Shown: in pieces, positions 14,632 to 27,692 of the stretch | Layout: every line of letters begins with the position of its first letter | Numbering within the stretch: position 1 is the stretch's first letter | Assembly: GCA_001938485.1 (NCBI GenBank) | Contig: MQRK01250390.1 | Span: forward strand, 30,537-94,536 | From: Girardia tigrina | Lineage: Eukaryota | Direction: 5' to 3' | DNA: 64,000 bases | Made by a program: the position numbers and the translations under genes | Notes under the pieces: generated by a model | What the model saw: only the letters and a program-made list of their open reading frames with translations | What the model was told of the DNA's origin: nothing | Database searches by the model: none

Positions 14632-16880
14632 TGTAAGGTATCTCCACTGACTGATGATATATGTATAAAAATATGATGATTCAGTCTCCCCTCGGTTCCA
14701 GAAAAAAATTGCGGTTTAACGAAACCTCTTTGAAGCACTATAATTTGCCGGCTTATCGAGCTTTCAACGAATTATCTACTGCAATTAATTTTCTTATTTC
14801 TGACGTTCTATAAAATCTATTAATGGGAGTGATTTGGTTTTGTACCAACTTTTAAATTGTCTTCAATTTTAACCCCCAAATGTCTTTGTAGTGATTTGAC
14901 GATTCACTAACTCAGATATATATACTACCAAAATTTATATGTATTCGGACACGTAAAATAATTCTTATTAAAAATTATGACAGTTAACTAGTTAGCTTAG
15001 TTTTACAGTCGTGTTATCTTTAGTGGCTTCTCTCATCATCAGCAGTTCAAAGTCATATATACCAGAAAATCTTGTATTTGTTTTAAATCAATACAGTTTA
15101 TTTTGCTTTAAAATAGTTTGTGATAAAAGGCTGTTGTAAATTGCTAAGTGCAAATGATTAATAACTGCAAACTTTTAAGTCCTAGAAACTTCTTCATTCG
15201 TCATGGGTTGATTTTCTAGATAAGTCAGAATTGTATGCATGGATCGTTTCGCATCCTTAGCAGTTGGGACAAGCATTGGACTTGCGTCGTCTAAATCTTC
15301 ATCAGCGTTAATGTCGTTAGTATCTCTTTCTAAAAGAGAAATTACAAAAATTTCTAAGAATATTGAAAAAACTCTACATCTACCGACTTTAAACTAGGTC
15401 TAAAATAAGCTCTGTGGAAAGCATTTCTTACGTTGGTACAGTCTCATCAATTTCAATAAATTTTTCAAAAGACATTAATGTCGTTATGATCATCTGGTAT
15501 TTCCAGCATCATCAAAAACCATTGCAGTTCTGGCCCGTTAAGTCCTGTGGAAAAAGGAATTACAGTATGGTCACAAGAAATGATTCCAGTTTGTCTCCAG
15601 TAATTTGTAATGGTTTCATTCATATTTTTCGTTCATATTCATATTTTTTTCAAGGCATCAGTAGCTCATTTGACAACATTAATATCTAATTCTAATTTCA
15701 TTGATTTCCACAATTTTTTTCTAAAAGAGGATCTTACAAATCTTCAGCAAACAGTTCATCAGTCAAATACATTCTATAAATTCTATACACATGTTTATTC
15801 GAGACAAAAAATTACACTGACATTGGCGGTTTGACGAGAGATCCTTATATTTTTGTTCCTATTTTGTATTGGCGGTTCGCGGAATTTGAAAGAATGACGG
15901 TTTAAAGAGGTTTTCTATTGTATATAAAATGCTTCCAGAAATGTTTTGGCGGTTATAGAGGTTGACGGTTTAACGAGGGGAGACTGTATTAGTCAATCAA
16001 GATTCACTAAACATATGTTATGATAGAATGAAAATATAGAATTTGTTCTTTGTAAAACAACATATTTAACAATAATAACTCAATAAACGGAAAGACAAAA
16101 TGACGAGTTGTAAGTTCGATCAAAATAAAATAAGGATAGAGTCATTTACGACGGAAATGTTAATAATAATAAATAATGTTACTTGATTGTTTGGGTTTCT
16201 GGGACTTTCTTACAGTGTTTGTCTTAGGAGTATATAAAAATAACTTTGTTTTCAAACTAGTTGGTAAATAGTTAATTAGAAGGGTAATATTAATATGATC
16301 TCTTTGTTTTCGAGTTTGGTTCGAAATAGGTTGTATGGAGTGAATAATCCTTTCGGTGGATTAAACTGGAAACAGATTTTGTTAAATTGGATCACCAAAA
16401 TAATTTGATAATGAATTCATCAATTTACTATTTTCTTTTTAAAATCTTTGGATTCGAGTTGAGAGTTTGACTTTGAATTTTCTGTATCCAAGTAAGATAA
16501 TTAATTTTGTATTGATTTTTAATTAGAATTTTTAAATTTTAATTATTATTTTATATTTTCATTTTGACATGGAGAAACATCCTCAAATTCTTTTTCTATT
16601 TTATTCTTTCGTCTTTTTCTTTCCTTTATTTCACCTTGTGATATTTAACTTGTGTACAAAATAAATAAATAAATAACATTCTTGACTCAACACAAGATAA
16701 ATAACATGTTTTTTTGTACGATCAAAATAAAAAATATATGTACATAAAATCTAAATTACAATTTGTCCAAAAAGAAAAACTATGAAAAATCTGAATTATG
16801 ACAATGAAAATAACTGATAATATTATAAATTTAGATAAATAAAGATATAAGTTACTACATAACCTTTGTATTGTATTTCT

Positions 16881-16882
<2 letters not shown>
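14632..16882. mobile_element. Possible solo LTR (TGT...ACA) within TA runs, interrupted by a Tigger element
   Basis: TGT/ACA ends abut (TA)n. The reverse complement of the right end (tgtagaaatacaatacaaagg..tatctttatt) resembles about 56250-56295. Confidence 0.35.
14682..15986 (-). mobile_element. Tigger/pogo-type element, decayed
   Basis: TIRs CAGTCTCCCCTCG / CGAGGGGAGACTG|TA, subterminal GGCGGTT repeats, and an acidic C-terminal remnant on the minus strand (DEDLDDASPMLVPTAKDAKRSMHTILTYLENQ). Confidence 0.75.
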
Positions 16883-16921
<39 letters not shown>

Positions 16922-19083
16922 CATTATTCTAAAATATTATTCTATTCTATTATATTCTAATCATAAGAGCGGTTGCTAAAAGTAAAATTTCTAGAGAGGA
17001 ACGGGATTAAGGGAAAAGAAAAAGTAAAAATAAGCGAATGAAAGTATTTTTATTTTTTATTAATCTTATACGTCTAAATAAATAATACAGATGGAGATTT
17101 TAGGGTATGCAAGAAATGAAACGTTATTTATAATAACTAATATTATATTTTTTTTCAATTTTGCATCTATAATTCAATTTGAAAGACATTAAAGAAAATA
17201 TTCTACAAAGCATAAGTGTAATTAAAAAGCCAAATTAGAAAAGAAAATTCATTCCGCGAAAATGTATAAAATTACATCAAATATGACGTTTTGATTAGCA
17301 TCATTTTGGCTTGTGTCGGTTTATCTTACGACCAATATTGATGGAAATCGAGGCTAAGTTGATTTTAAAGTATCTTTATCTTTTTTAAGACACATATTGT
17401 AAAAATCCATACATATTATGAATAACAAATCTATCTGAAAATTGAAAGAATGAGGAATCTTCTTTTAAAGAAAGAGAAAATAAATTATAGTCTCAATGTA
17501 TCCGTCAAAGATAATATTATTTTTATTTCTTATTCTCTCATTCTATATAATATAAAAAAGTACAAAAAATCATATATTAAATAAAACTATATGGATTTAT
17601 AACAAATCAAACGGAAAGAATCCAAAACAAGATGACTGCTGTCGAAATCGCAATAACAACAGGAAGAATAAATGCTGATGTTAATAGGCAGTAGTAACAA
17701 CTGTACGGTAGGTCGGACTTTTATCAGTAATTATTTACGAAAATCATTGAGTAGCACTGAATTGACTTTCGAATATTGTATTGTCAACGAGAATGAGCTT
17801 GTATAGAAATTTCAGACCCCTAAAACTTCAGGAGGTTAGGAAAGTGGCAAGGAAAATATAAATTAAATGAATTCGTAAATAGTAAAACTTTGACAAACTA
17901 TATATTGAAAGTCTTTACTGGAAATTAGAAACTTCTCTTCTTGTTGTGTATATTTGATCGTGAGAAACATTGAATGGGTTCAGTAAGTAATAACACCAAA
18001 GACTTCATTTAGGCAACAATCATTTTTAATTATTCTTGTTTTTCTTTAATATAAATATTGATTTATTTAAATTTTAATATTTTATTTGTAAAATTTATCT
18101 TGAGCACTAAGATTCCTAGTCGCCAGGCCGACCGAAAAATAAATAGTCTTCTGGGGGCTTGGAGAAAAGATATGCGCTGATTGTTTTGACTGTAAGGAGA
18201 AACCCTGTTTGCAAGGCTTTTCAGGTTACGACTCAATGTGGAATTGACGAGTTTACTGATGTTACTTTTGAATATATCTCATGACAAAGAAAACATTTAT
18301 CTCATGTAAAAGTATTTCTAGCCAAATTTTGTTTATCCAAATTCGCCCTATTGAGGTCGAAATTATTGGATTAGTTTATGTTACAATTATCAGTAATAAA
18401 ATTATTCAACTATTAATTCAAACTCTGGAAAAACTACGGGGTAATGAAGAGCATTCTGGTAGCTAACATTTTTAACACTAAATATGCCCAAACATTGATA
18501 TTTCAAAATATGTTAATCAAGTGTTCATATAATAGGTTAATACACTTTTATAATAAAAGATATCGTTATTTTAAATAAATCTTACAAAACATTTATCCAA
18601 CAGAAAAAATATAGAAGTTAATGTTAATATCATTCGAAAACGTTATAGAAAAGTAAAGCTTAATGTTAACCATAAAACATACATGTTAATATTACCATTA
18701 CAATATGATTTTAAGCGAATTTACTTATTTTGCTTCTGACCCGAAGATCGAATAATAATACGATTTCTTTTATGTTGTTACGTAAATTCTTTAGTATTTG
18801 ATTGAAATCGTTTCGTTCAATAAGATAATCAGAAATCAGTTGCAGATGGAAAAGCTGATGATAATTTGTTCGGAAAATTACTTTTTTTACTGAAAAAGAC
18901 TGTTGTAGTGACCAAAAAAATACGTATACATTAAAATCATGTATTTTTATTTTTAACACTCAGTTTAAAATAATTCAATTCAAAATTAATGAAAAATCTG
19001 TAATTGAAAAAAAACTGTTTTTATTAAAAATATTGTTCTTAGAATCACAGGATTTTTATTGAAAGATATTTTTTGAATCACAC

Positions 19084-19816
19084 TGTGGCGCTCGCATATT
19101 AAACAAAAAATTACATTTTTGTTTTAATAATATTTAGTGACAATTTTTTTAATTGAATTGATTAAACTTAATAAATGTCTCCGCTTTATTCTCATTTTAA
19201 TTTTGAACTGATTTTACGATTGATTTTAAAGTTATAATGAATAACTATTCAAACTACACTGTGTGGAAGCGGCCTCAATCGTTCGGATGACATGCGCCAT
19301 TGCCTCACACGATTTGGCGACGCATGACGGATCCCCACAACCTCACCGACCACGCACTCGGGTCGCGTATCGACAAACCGATCAAACAATTCACTTTATC
19401 GGCGGTCACAGCAACGGGGACGCGAGACACCGTTACTCAGATATACTCCTAATTCTGATCGACACTAGACCGGCCAATCCGTCCCGCCGAGCGACGATTT
19501 CCCGCCCAAGAAACGGGTGCTTGCCTTCACAACGCGATCCTAAGGCCAGAACCAAAATGGTGTCAGAGGTGAAATTCGCCATGCGTCGCCAAATCGTGTG
19601 AGGCGATGGTGCATGTCATCCGAACGATTGAGGCCGCTTCCGCACAGCGGTTCGAATAGTTATTCATTATAACTTTAAAATCAATCGTAAAATCCGTTCA
19701 AAATTAAAATTAGAATAAAGCGAATACATTTATAAAATTTATTCAATTCAAAAAATTGTGTCATCAACATCATTGAAACAAAAATGTATTTTATTGTTTA
19801 ATTTTCGAGCACCACA
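19084..19816 (+). mobile_element. Palindromic element: LTR-like unit (19084-19554) + tRNA-Leu-like PBS (19558-19578) + inverted copy of the first ~250 bp
   Basis: Arms 19084-19338 and 19568-19816 are long imperfect inverted repeats with TGTGG..CCACA termini and CAC on both flanks. TGGTGTCAGAGGTGAAATTCG resembles the tRNA-Leu 3' complement TGGTGTCAGAAGTGGGATTCG. Confidence 0.75.
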
Positions 19817-19907
19817 CACTCAAATTATTTTCGCGTTTTTGATAACTCGTTTTCTTAAATCATGGCTTCCGAGGAATTTGTTTTGGTTGATCGGGTAAAT
19901 ACAAAAT

Positions 19908-19919
19908 TGGTGTCAGAAG
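19908..19919 (+). other. tRNA-Leu primer-binding-site-like 12-mer of a Gypsy relic
   Basis: ACA-AAAT-TGGTGTCAGAAG, followed by GC-richer leader-like sequence to about 20390. Confidence 0.5.
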
Positions 19920-20397
19920 AAAAACGATCAATCAGTCCACCCGAATTCAGTATTCGTCTTCAACGAAGGGAGACAGATGAAGCAGTTATTACACACGCAA
20001 CATTCGCCGATGCATGAGTTCCATCGATCGAGAATCGAGGTAAAACTAGCTGTCCGATCCGACAACCACAAGTCCAAACCGATAACATCCGAATAATTGG
20101 TGTTCACTGAACACTGCTCAGATTACCGCTCCGATTACCAACATCCATGACTTTCACGGCAGTGACTCACATACCGATGCTTCAAGTCTGCTCTGGGTAT
20201 CCAATACGGCGACAACAGGTTACGCACTGACCTCAATTTCCGATTTATTAAACCGATCAAATGCTTCCTGCGACTAAGTGGTCATGTTAGTCCATTTAGC
20301 AACATGCCAGGCGATGAGTTTCGCAGCATCAAACCGAATTTCCTAAACCGAAGGTGTAGAAATCAGAGTTCCAACATCAGTTTGGTACAAAATTATC

Positions 20398-20442
<45 letters not shown>

Positions 20443-21321
20443 CTTATATTTGTCTCTTAACCGCTCCCCATCAAAGTAAATATTTACCAACGACGAACTG
20501 CGATCCTCGAACCGAGCAAACAACCAACTTGACAATCCATTTGAAAGTGTTAGATAACATAACTGTCCACTGATTATATAACCACTGCTTGCCTATATAA
20601 TGAGATTTAAAATTCATTTAACTTGGGACCTGACAATAACTGACAACAATTACCGTCGAAATTAATTTGTAAATAATATTTGTTTACTTTTAATTTCAAT
20701 TTTCTTTTTTAAATAATATAATTTCTGTTTTATTTATTACTATTTTTAAAATTTTTCTTTTTTTATTGAATATCTAAACTTATCAATTCAGAAAATATTT
20801 ACTATATCAAACCAATGGAAAATAAAATCACATTGAAATCCGACAGTTTCAAATGATGATTGATTCAAATCACAAAAACAAAATATCTGTTAATCTCTGA
20901 TTAGTTGAAGTTTCTCTTGACTGAACAGGAAACACTCTCATCATGAGCAGATGGAACACCTTAAAAATTGCCGCCTCTCAGGTGAACCAAAAATATATTC
21001 AAATATATTCATTAATAAATTACAGAAAATTTCATTTACCGTATTGTCCGAACCTTAAAACAAATTTCTTGTAAAATTTAAGGGATGAGTCTTATAATCC
21101 GATGCGTTTTATATATTAGATTATTTTATATAAAATTTATAAATCTAATATAAAATCTAAAAAAATGTTTTTAAAGAAAACACATGATATTAAATCTGTT
21201 CACGTTTGCATATTTTAAATAATGTTGAGGTAATATTTTAAAATGAATATTTTAATGTATATTTTATTTAAAATAATAAAATATTAGTAAATATTTATAT
21301 GCTCATAAATGAAAATATTTA

Positions 21322-22112
21322 CCCTGTTTTATGGTTATAAGGTAACACAGATTACTTAGGTGCCACCTTATTAAATTTTTTTGGACTCTGAAATTTTATG
21401 TTTTTTCTTCTTAGGTGCCACTTTCTTCTAAGGTGCCATCTTATTATATGTTTTTATACTTTTTTAAATTTTTTAATAATTTTTTTAAAAAATGTTTTCA
21501 ATATTGATATTGATTTGCAAATCGAAATTTATTGCAAATGAAACCTTAATGGCCATGATTCCAGGTGGATTAACGAAAAAATTACAAGTTTTGGATATCA
21601 GCGTCAACAAATCATTTAAAGCTCATTTACGTCGTCATTGCGAAAATTGGATGATTAATGGTTATAAGCAATATATGAAATCAGGAAATTTGAAGAGAGC
21701 TTCATGCGAAGAGATTTGTCAATGGATAGCAGAGTCGTTGGATTCAGTTCCAGTTTCTGCCATCAAAAATGACTTCAAGAAGATCACAATCAATTTTTAT
21801 CCGAATGAACACGAAGACGTTGAAGATGTGGTTATTGAGGAAAGCGATGAAGAATCTGAAGAATCTAATGAAGAGGTAGATGAAGATCAAGGTATTCGTG
21901 AGGAGCTCATTGATATTTTGTGGGATGAAAATAATTTTGGTAGCGAAGATGAAGATTATGATGATTCAAAAATATAATTGAAAAAGATGGAAATTTTTTA
22001 ACTTTTTTTAATTACTTTTAACTAAGGTTCCACTGTTTACTAAGGTGCTTTCGGGGTAAAATTTTGTCATTTAAAATCTACTAAGGTGCCACCATATAAC
22101 CATAAAACAGGG
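21322..22112 (+). mobile_element. Internally deleted pogo element
   Basis: TA|CCCTGTTTTATGGTTATA ... TATAACCATAAAACAGGG|TA, with subterminal AGGTGCCA repeats. ORF 21492-21977 has IPGGLTKKLQVLDISVNKSFK plus an acidic tail. Confidence 0.92.
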
Positions 22113-22864
22113 TATGTTTAAAAAAGTAAAATTATATTTTTGTATATAAATAAAAGAATAAAATAATAAAATCGAGAGAGTAGAAGAAAAGTAAAATTTA
22201 AATTATTTAGGAATAAATAACAAGCAAAAGAATAAAAATAATTAATAAAATTAATTTGAAAAGAAAATAATTAAGAAATTGTAATATAAAAGGCAATTAT
22301 TAATTAAGATTAATTATATTTTAAAAGTTCAAGCACTTAAAACCTAACAAGAGAAATCTAAGATTTTAAGAAAGTTTATTTTGAAATTGGATCGTAAAGG
22401 GACCTGGTCTAGACGTCGTATATATTGACAAAAAAGAATTGTATATAAAAAAACAAAATCATCGATAATCTATTACAGCTTGAGGGAATCTCACGGGAAA
22501 AAGAAAAAAAGTGATTGAAAATTTTTAAAAGAAAAGTCGGTTAAGGCTAGAAAGAATTTCACGAGAAACTTTAAATTAAAGAGAAGTTTATTTTTAAATC
22601 TAAAATATTTTTTATAGACCGCGCTGTAAAGTGTGGTTCTAACTCTTAAAAAATATAAACCGAAATTCCGAGTTGTCATTAAGTCTCTCGGTAATCCAGT
22701 ATAAAATTGGTCAGGGGCAAAATAACATAAAACATTTCGTTGTAATTATTTTGTGTATATTAAAATATAATTAAGAAATTATTTGCGTTTCTTTCGTTGA
22801 TTTTTATAACACTGGATAACCTCAACAATATTTTTAACCATTATAACTTTATTTATATTTTTAG

Positions 22865-23896
22865 TTCACGGCGCGAATTTCATATAATGCAGCTTTTAAA
22901 ATGAGAGCAAATGAGAAATCCAAGAAAATAGGGAATCGGGCAGCTGCCGTGAAATATAACATTAATGAATCGATGATTAGAATTTGGCGCAAGTAAGAAG
23001 ATGACCTCTGGCAAGTAAAGAAGACCGAATCCAGCTTTCAGGAAAATAAAGCGAGATGGAACGACCTTGAAAATATGCTTGAGCAGTAGATACTTGCTAA
23101 AGAGCTCTGAACAGAAGCGTATCCACTTTCAACATTGAATTAAAAGGCAAAAGCATTTGCTCAATCTATTGGGATCAACAACTTCAAAGGTGGATTTTCC
23201 TGATGCTCAAGATTTAAGAACAAAAATCTCTATCAATCCCTGTAAAAACTACTTTCGCAAAGAAAAATGATCATCTTAAGAGGATTGAAAATTTCAGCAA
23301 TTATTGCCAAAGAAAAGTCGATGAAAAGGACATTACGACTGACCTTATTATCAATATAGATGAGATGTCTCTGACATTTGACATACCAATAAATCGGACA
23401 GTGGAAAAAACTGGTACTAAAACAGTATCAATTAAAAGAAATTGAAATGATAGTTCATCTTAGCGTGTCAGGTTGATGGGAAGACGTTGATGCCAATGAT
23501 GATCTTCAAAAGGAAGAATGTCAAGATAATCATTTCCCTTCAATATTCTGGTGAAGGCTAATAATATAGGATAAATGGACGAAGATATGATGATGGAATG
23601 ACTTTCTCATGCTTATGTGAGACAAACCGATGGATTCTTCCACCAAAAGCCATCTCTACTGACATATGAATCCATGGCTGCTCATATCCCTGAAAGAGTA
23701 AAATATTGTGTAAGGCAGACTAATTCCAGTTTATCAGTTATTCAAGGTTGCCTTACCAAGCTTTTAAGTTGAAGATGAGATTGAAGTTGGAAAAATGAAT
23801 GGCAGAAAGAGAGCATACTTTCACTGGATCAGTGAAAGAGAGAAAAGCAAGCTATTCCACATTATGTCAATGGGTTGTTGAAGTATGGAGGATAGT
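22865..23896 (+). mobile_element. pogo (POGK-like) transposase relic, cut by a Gypsy LTR
   Basis: SYNAAFK..GNRAAAVKYNINESMIRIWRK, IINIDEMSLTFDIP, ASYSTLCQWVVEVW; many stops and frameshifts. Confidence 0.85.
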
Positions 23897-25073
23897 TGTG
23901 AGGAATATTTTGATTGTTTGATGTTTTTGTGCTTGAATGTGTATGTTGATTAGGAAATAAGTCTCTCCTACCAAGATGGATGATCAATATTTGAATTCTT
24001 ATTATCTGAAAATATGTTATGTTTAAAATTATTTTTAATTTCAAATAATTTTACAATTTTAAATAAGTTAATTAATTTTTACAATTTTTAATAAATAAAT
24101 CAAATTAATATTTTTTTAAATAAGTAATAATCATTTTAATTTCTATCCAATAAGTTTTTAGTAAATATTGGGTTCTTGATCAAAATTTGAAAGCATAATT
24201 TGCAAACTTTATTTCTCTACAAATTTCATTATTGAAACAAATTTATGAGGAACAATATTTCGATTACATAATCCAGATCTAAAAATTCTAAATATAAATA
24301 ATAATATCGATGTATAAATATATATATGTTATTTTCTTCAATTTTGCATAAATCATATTTTGTTTCTGTTTTATTATTTTTTATAATGTTTATAAATTTA
24401 GATCTTTAAAAATATTTTAATAGACATATCCTGTAAAACTTCCATTCCTAAATAATTTTTCTTTAATTTTAAATCATTCCATTTTAAATTATTTTTTTAA
24501 TAAAACTTTCTATTGACAATTAAATTCAATATCATTATGATTTTTATTTTAGATTTGATTTTAAAATATTTAATCAATTATTATTTTTTTTAATAAAAAC
24601 TTTCCGTGTACAATTAAATTCGATAAACATTCTAATTTTATTTTAAATAGTGTTACAAAATATATCAAAATCTTTACAATATTCTTTAACTTCAAAGATG
24701 ATATTTTAATTGTGAATTTTTAAAACTTATTTTTTATAAAAATTTGTCCCAATTTAATTAAAATATTATCATTACTCTAAAATTTTTTACAAAACTTATT
24801 TCATTTTAATTAGTAACATACTATCTGTGAACTATAATTTTTACAAAAATTATTTCAATTTAATTAGTACAAATATTACCTCTAAAATATATTTTTATGC
24901 AATCTTATTTATTTTAATTAGTAAAAAATATTATCTATAAACATAAATTTTTTATTTAAAAAATTATTTCATTTTCATTAGTCGCACATTATTTTTAATT
25001 TATCTAAAATATAAATATGATTTTTAATTTAAAAATATCAAAAATTTAAAGTTCCCTAAAAGGAACCCCAACA
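23897..25073 (-). mobile_element. Gypsy 3' LTR (about 1.18 kb, TGTTGGGGTTCC...TTCCTCACA)
   Basis: Directly follows the polypurine tract AAAAACGAGGGGGA (about 25074-25087, minus strand) downstream of the integrase; TG..CA ends. Confidence 0.85.
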
Positions 25074-25103
25074 TCCCCCTCGTTTTTAAAATTTTTCAAC
25101 ATT

Positions 25104-27692
25104 TCAAATAAGTTGTCTACCATTTTTGTCTTTCAATTTGTAACTTCTTTCGTGAATTTTTTCTATAATTTCATAAGGGTCTTCGAATCTATCTTCTCCT
25201 TTCGTTCTATTTTCCTTTTGAATCCAGACTTTTTCGCCAACCTTATAAATTCTTCGCGTTACATTTTCCTCTGGCTTGTTTTTTTCTTTTAGTCTTATTC
25301 TGATATCCTCCCGGTTTATTTTGCTGTTATCATACCACTTTAGTCCATCTATTTTCTTCACAAATACGACTTCTGCTGGACTGCACCCTATCATCTTTTG
25401 TTTCGTTGCATTTATAGTGAATTCCACTTCCGGTAATATGTCTGCCCAACTTTTAGCATTTCTTTCTTTCAAACTTGCCTGTATGAATTCTCGTATTGTC
25501 CGAAACTGTCTTTCAATTATCCCATTTGTATTATGGTGATATGGGCTAGAGAAAATCAATTCGATACCTTTTGCTTCCAACATTTTTACTTTTTTCGCTT
25601 CGAAACATTTCCCCCAGTCTATGTGGATCTCTTTTGGTGCTCCAAAATTTAATATCCCTTTCTGTAATATCATATGTACTATTGTCTCTGCATCTTGTCT
25701 TATAATTGCTGTCTAACTCACGTATTTACTGAAATGGTCAATTATTCCCAAGATGTATCTTTCTTTTCTTACTGTATCATTCCATGGTCTGCAGATGTCT
25801 ATATAAACTTTCTCAAATATTTCTGACGTTGTTATTTTTATGTTTTCTTCCTTTGTCTTTGTGGTTATTGTCTTTGTTCGTTGACACTCCATGCATGATC
25901 CTACCACCTCTTTTATCGTTTTCTTTTCTTCTTCCATGTCAAACTTGTCCCTCAGATATTCATATACTTTTTCGGCTCCCACATGACACAATAATCTATG
26001 TGTTTGTATGATAAGATCGCTTCTTTTTTCTTTCGGTATCCATTCTTTCATATCCACTCTGGCTTGACTTCTCGTAGTCACTGCTAATAATCTCGTCTTG
26101 CTTTTTTTCCTTTTCTAGCTTCTTCGTGTTCCATGTGGCATTGTGTACATGTGTCGCAATTATGGCTTGATAACATATCGGTGTTGCCGTGCAGCACTCC
26201 CTTTCTATATTCTATTTCGATATCCAAACTACTTAAGTAATTCATCCACGTTTGGAATTGAGCCGTTAAGGGGTTTCTTTGTTTGAAACATGAACGTTAT
26301 AGCTTTATGATCCGTTCTCAATTTAAATCTCTTCCCGTACAGATAATGGTTGAAATGCTGGCAAAAATAAAAAATTGCCAAAATTTCTTTCCTTTTTCAT
26401 GTGCTGACATTGAATGTGATCCATATGCTATTACTTGCTCTTTCCACGAATCACTTATCTGTAAAAGTACCGCCCCTATGCTATCAAAGCTGGCATTTGT
26501 ATCTAGAATAAATTGTTTTTCGAAATCTGGGAAGCTCAGTATTGGTGCCTTTATCAGTGCTTCCTTCATGTCCTTAAACGCTATTTCGCATGCATCCGTG
26601 CAGATTAACTTTTCTTTATTTAAACCACACATTCCTTCTAATACTTTGGCTTTCTTTGCATATCCTTTAATAAACCTTCTATAATAGTTGCAAATTCCTA
26701 AAAAAACTTTTCAAATTCTTAATACATTTCGGCCTTTGGAAATTTTCTATCACTGCAATTTTTTCTGGGTCTGTATGTATCCCTTGGTCATTTATTATGT
26801 GTCCCAGAAATTTTACTTCCGGTCGTAACATCTTACATTTCGCAGGTTTTATTCTTAGTCCTGTTTGTTGGATCCTCTCAAATACTTCTCTTATCACCTT
26901 GTAATGTTCTTCCTTTGTACTTGTCGCTATTAGTATGTCATCCAAAAAACTGATGCCCCTTTCTTTATTAGTTTTAACACCTTTGTCATTAGTTCTTGGA
27001 ATGTGCCTGGGGCGCGGCTATGCCAAAAGGCATCTGTTTAAAACAAAACTGTCCTGTCTTGGTGAAGAACGCCGTCTTTTCCTGAGATTCTTTATCCAAT
27101 TCTACTTGATAGTATGCATTCCATAAGTCTATTGTACTAAAATATTTGGTACCATGTAATCTATCCATCATTTCCGCTATATTCAGCATGGGGAATGCTT
27201 GGCGCTTAGTGATTCGATTTAACTGTCTAAAATCCAGACACAATCTGATTTCGTCCTTGTCCTTTTTCCACACGCATACTATTGGTGTGTTGCATTCAGA
27301 ATTACATGGTTTTATTATTCCGTTTTTCTCCAAATTTTTTATAGCTTCTTCTAGTTTGTCTTCCAGATGTACTGTCTTCTCGGTTTTATGTTTATGGGTC
27401 CCTCTGCTGTCTCTATTCGGTGTTGTAGCAAGTTTGTACGACCTATGTCCCAATCGTTTGCCATAAATACTCCTCCATATTCGTAAATTATTTTCTCTAG
27501 TGTTTTATCATTCTTTGTGTCTATCACTTTTAATGCCTTCTCGTTGGTGATTTCTTTTCCAAATTTAGCTTCGATTTCACATATGTTAGTTCTCTCTGTT
27601 TCCTGATAATTCCGCTCTTTCCATTGCAATTCTATTCCGAACTCTTTCATCAATGGTATTCCTCCGATCATCTCTGGTCTCAAATTTTGCAC
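25104..27692 (-). mobile_element. Gypsy pol relic (protease end - RT - RNase H - integrase)
   Basis: LCLDFRQLN, YFSTIDL..AYYQV, MPFG, LDDIL, FILDTNASFDSIGAVLLQ, H..CH..CMEC zinc finger, SSPYHHNTNGIIER; multiple frameshifts. Confidence 0.95.

Noticed and set aside
19263-19601. GC-rich ORFs at 19263, 29501/29511, 39818 and 50634 as protein-coding exons
   Set aside because: No shared open frame among the homologous copies; better explained as LTR-like repeats.
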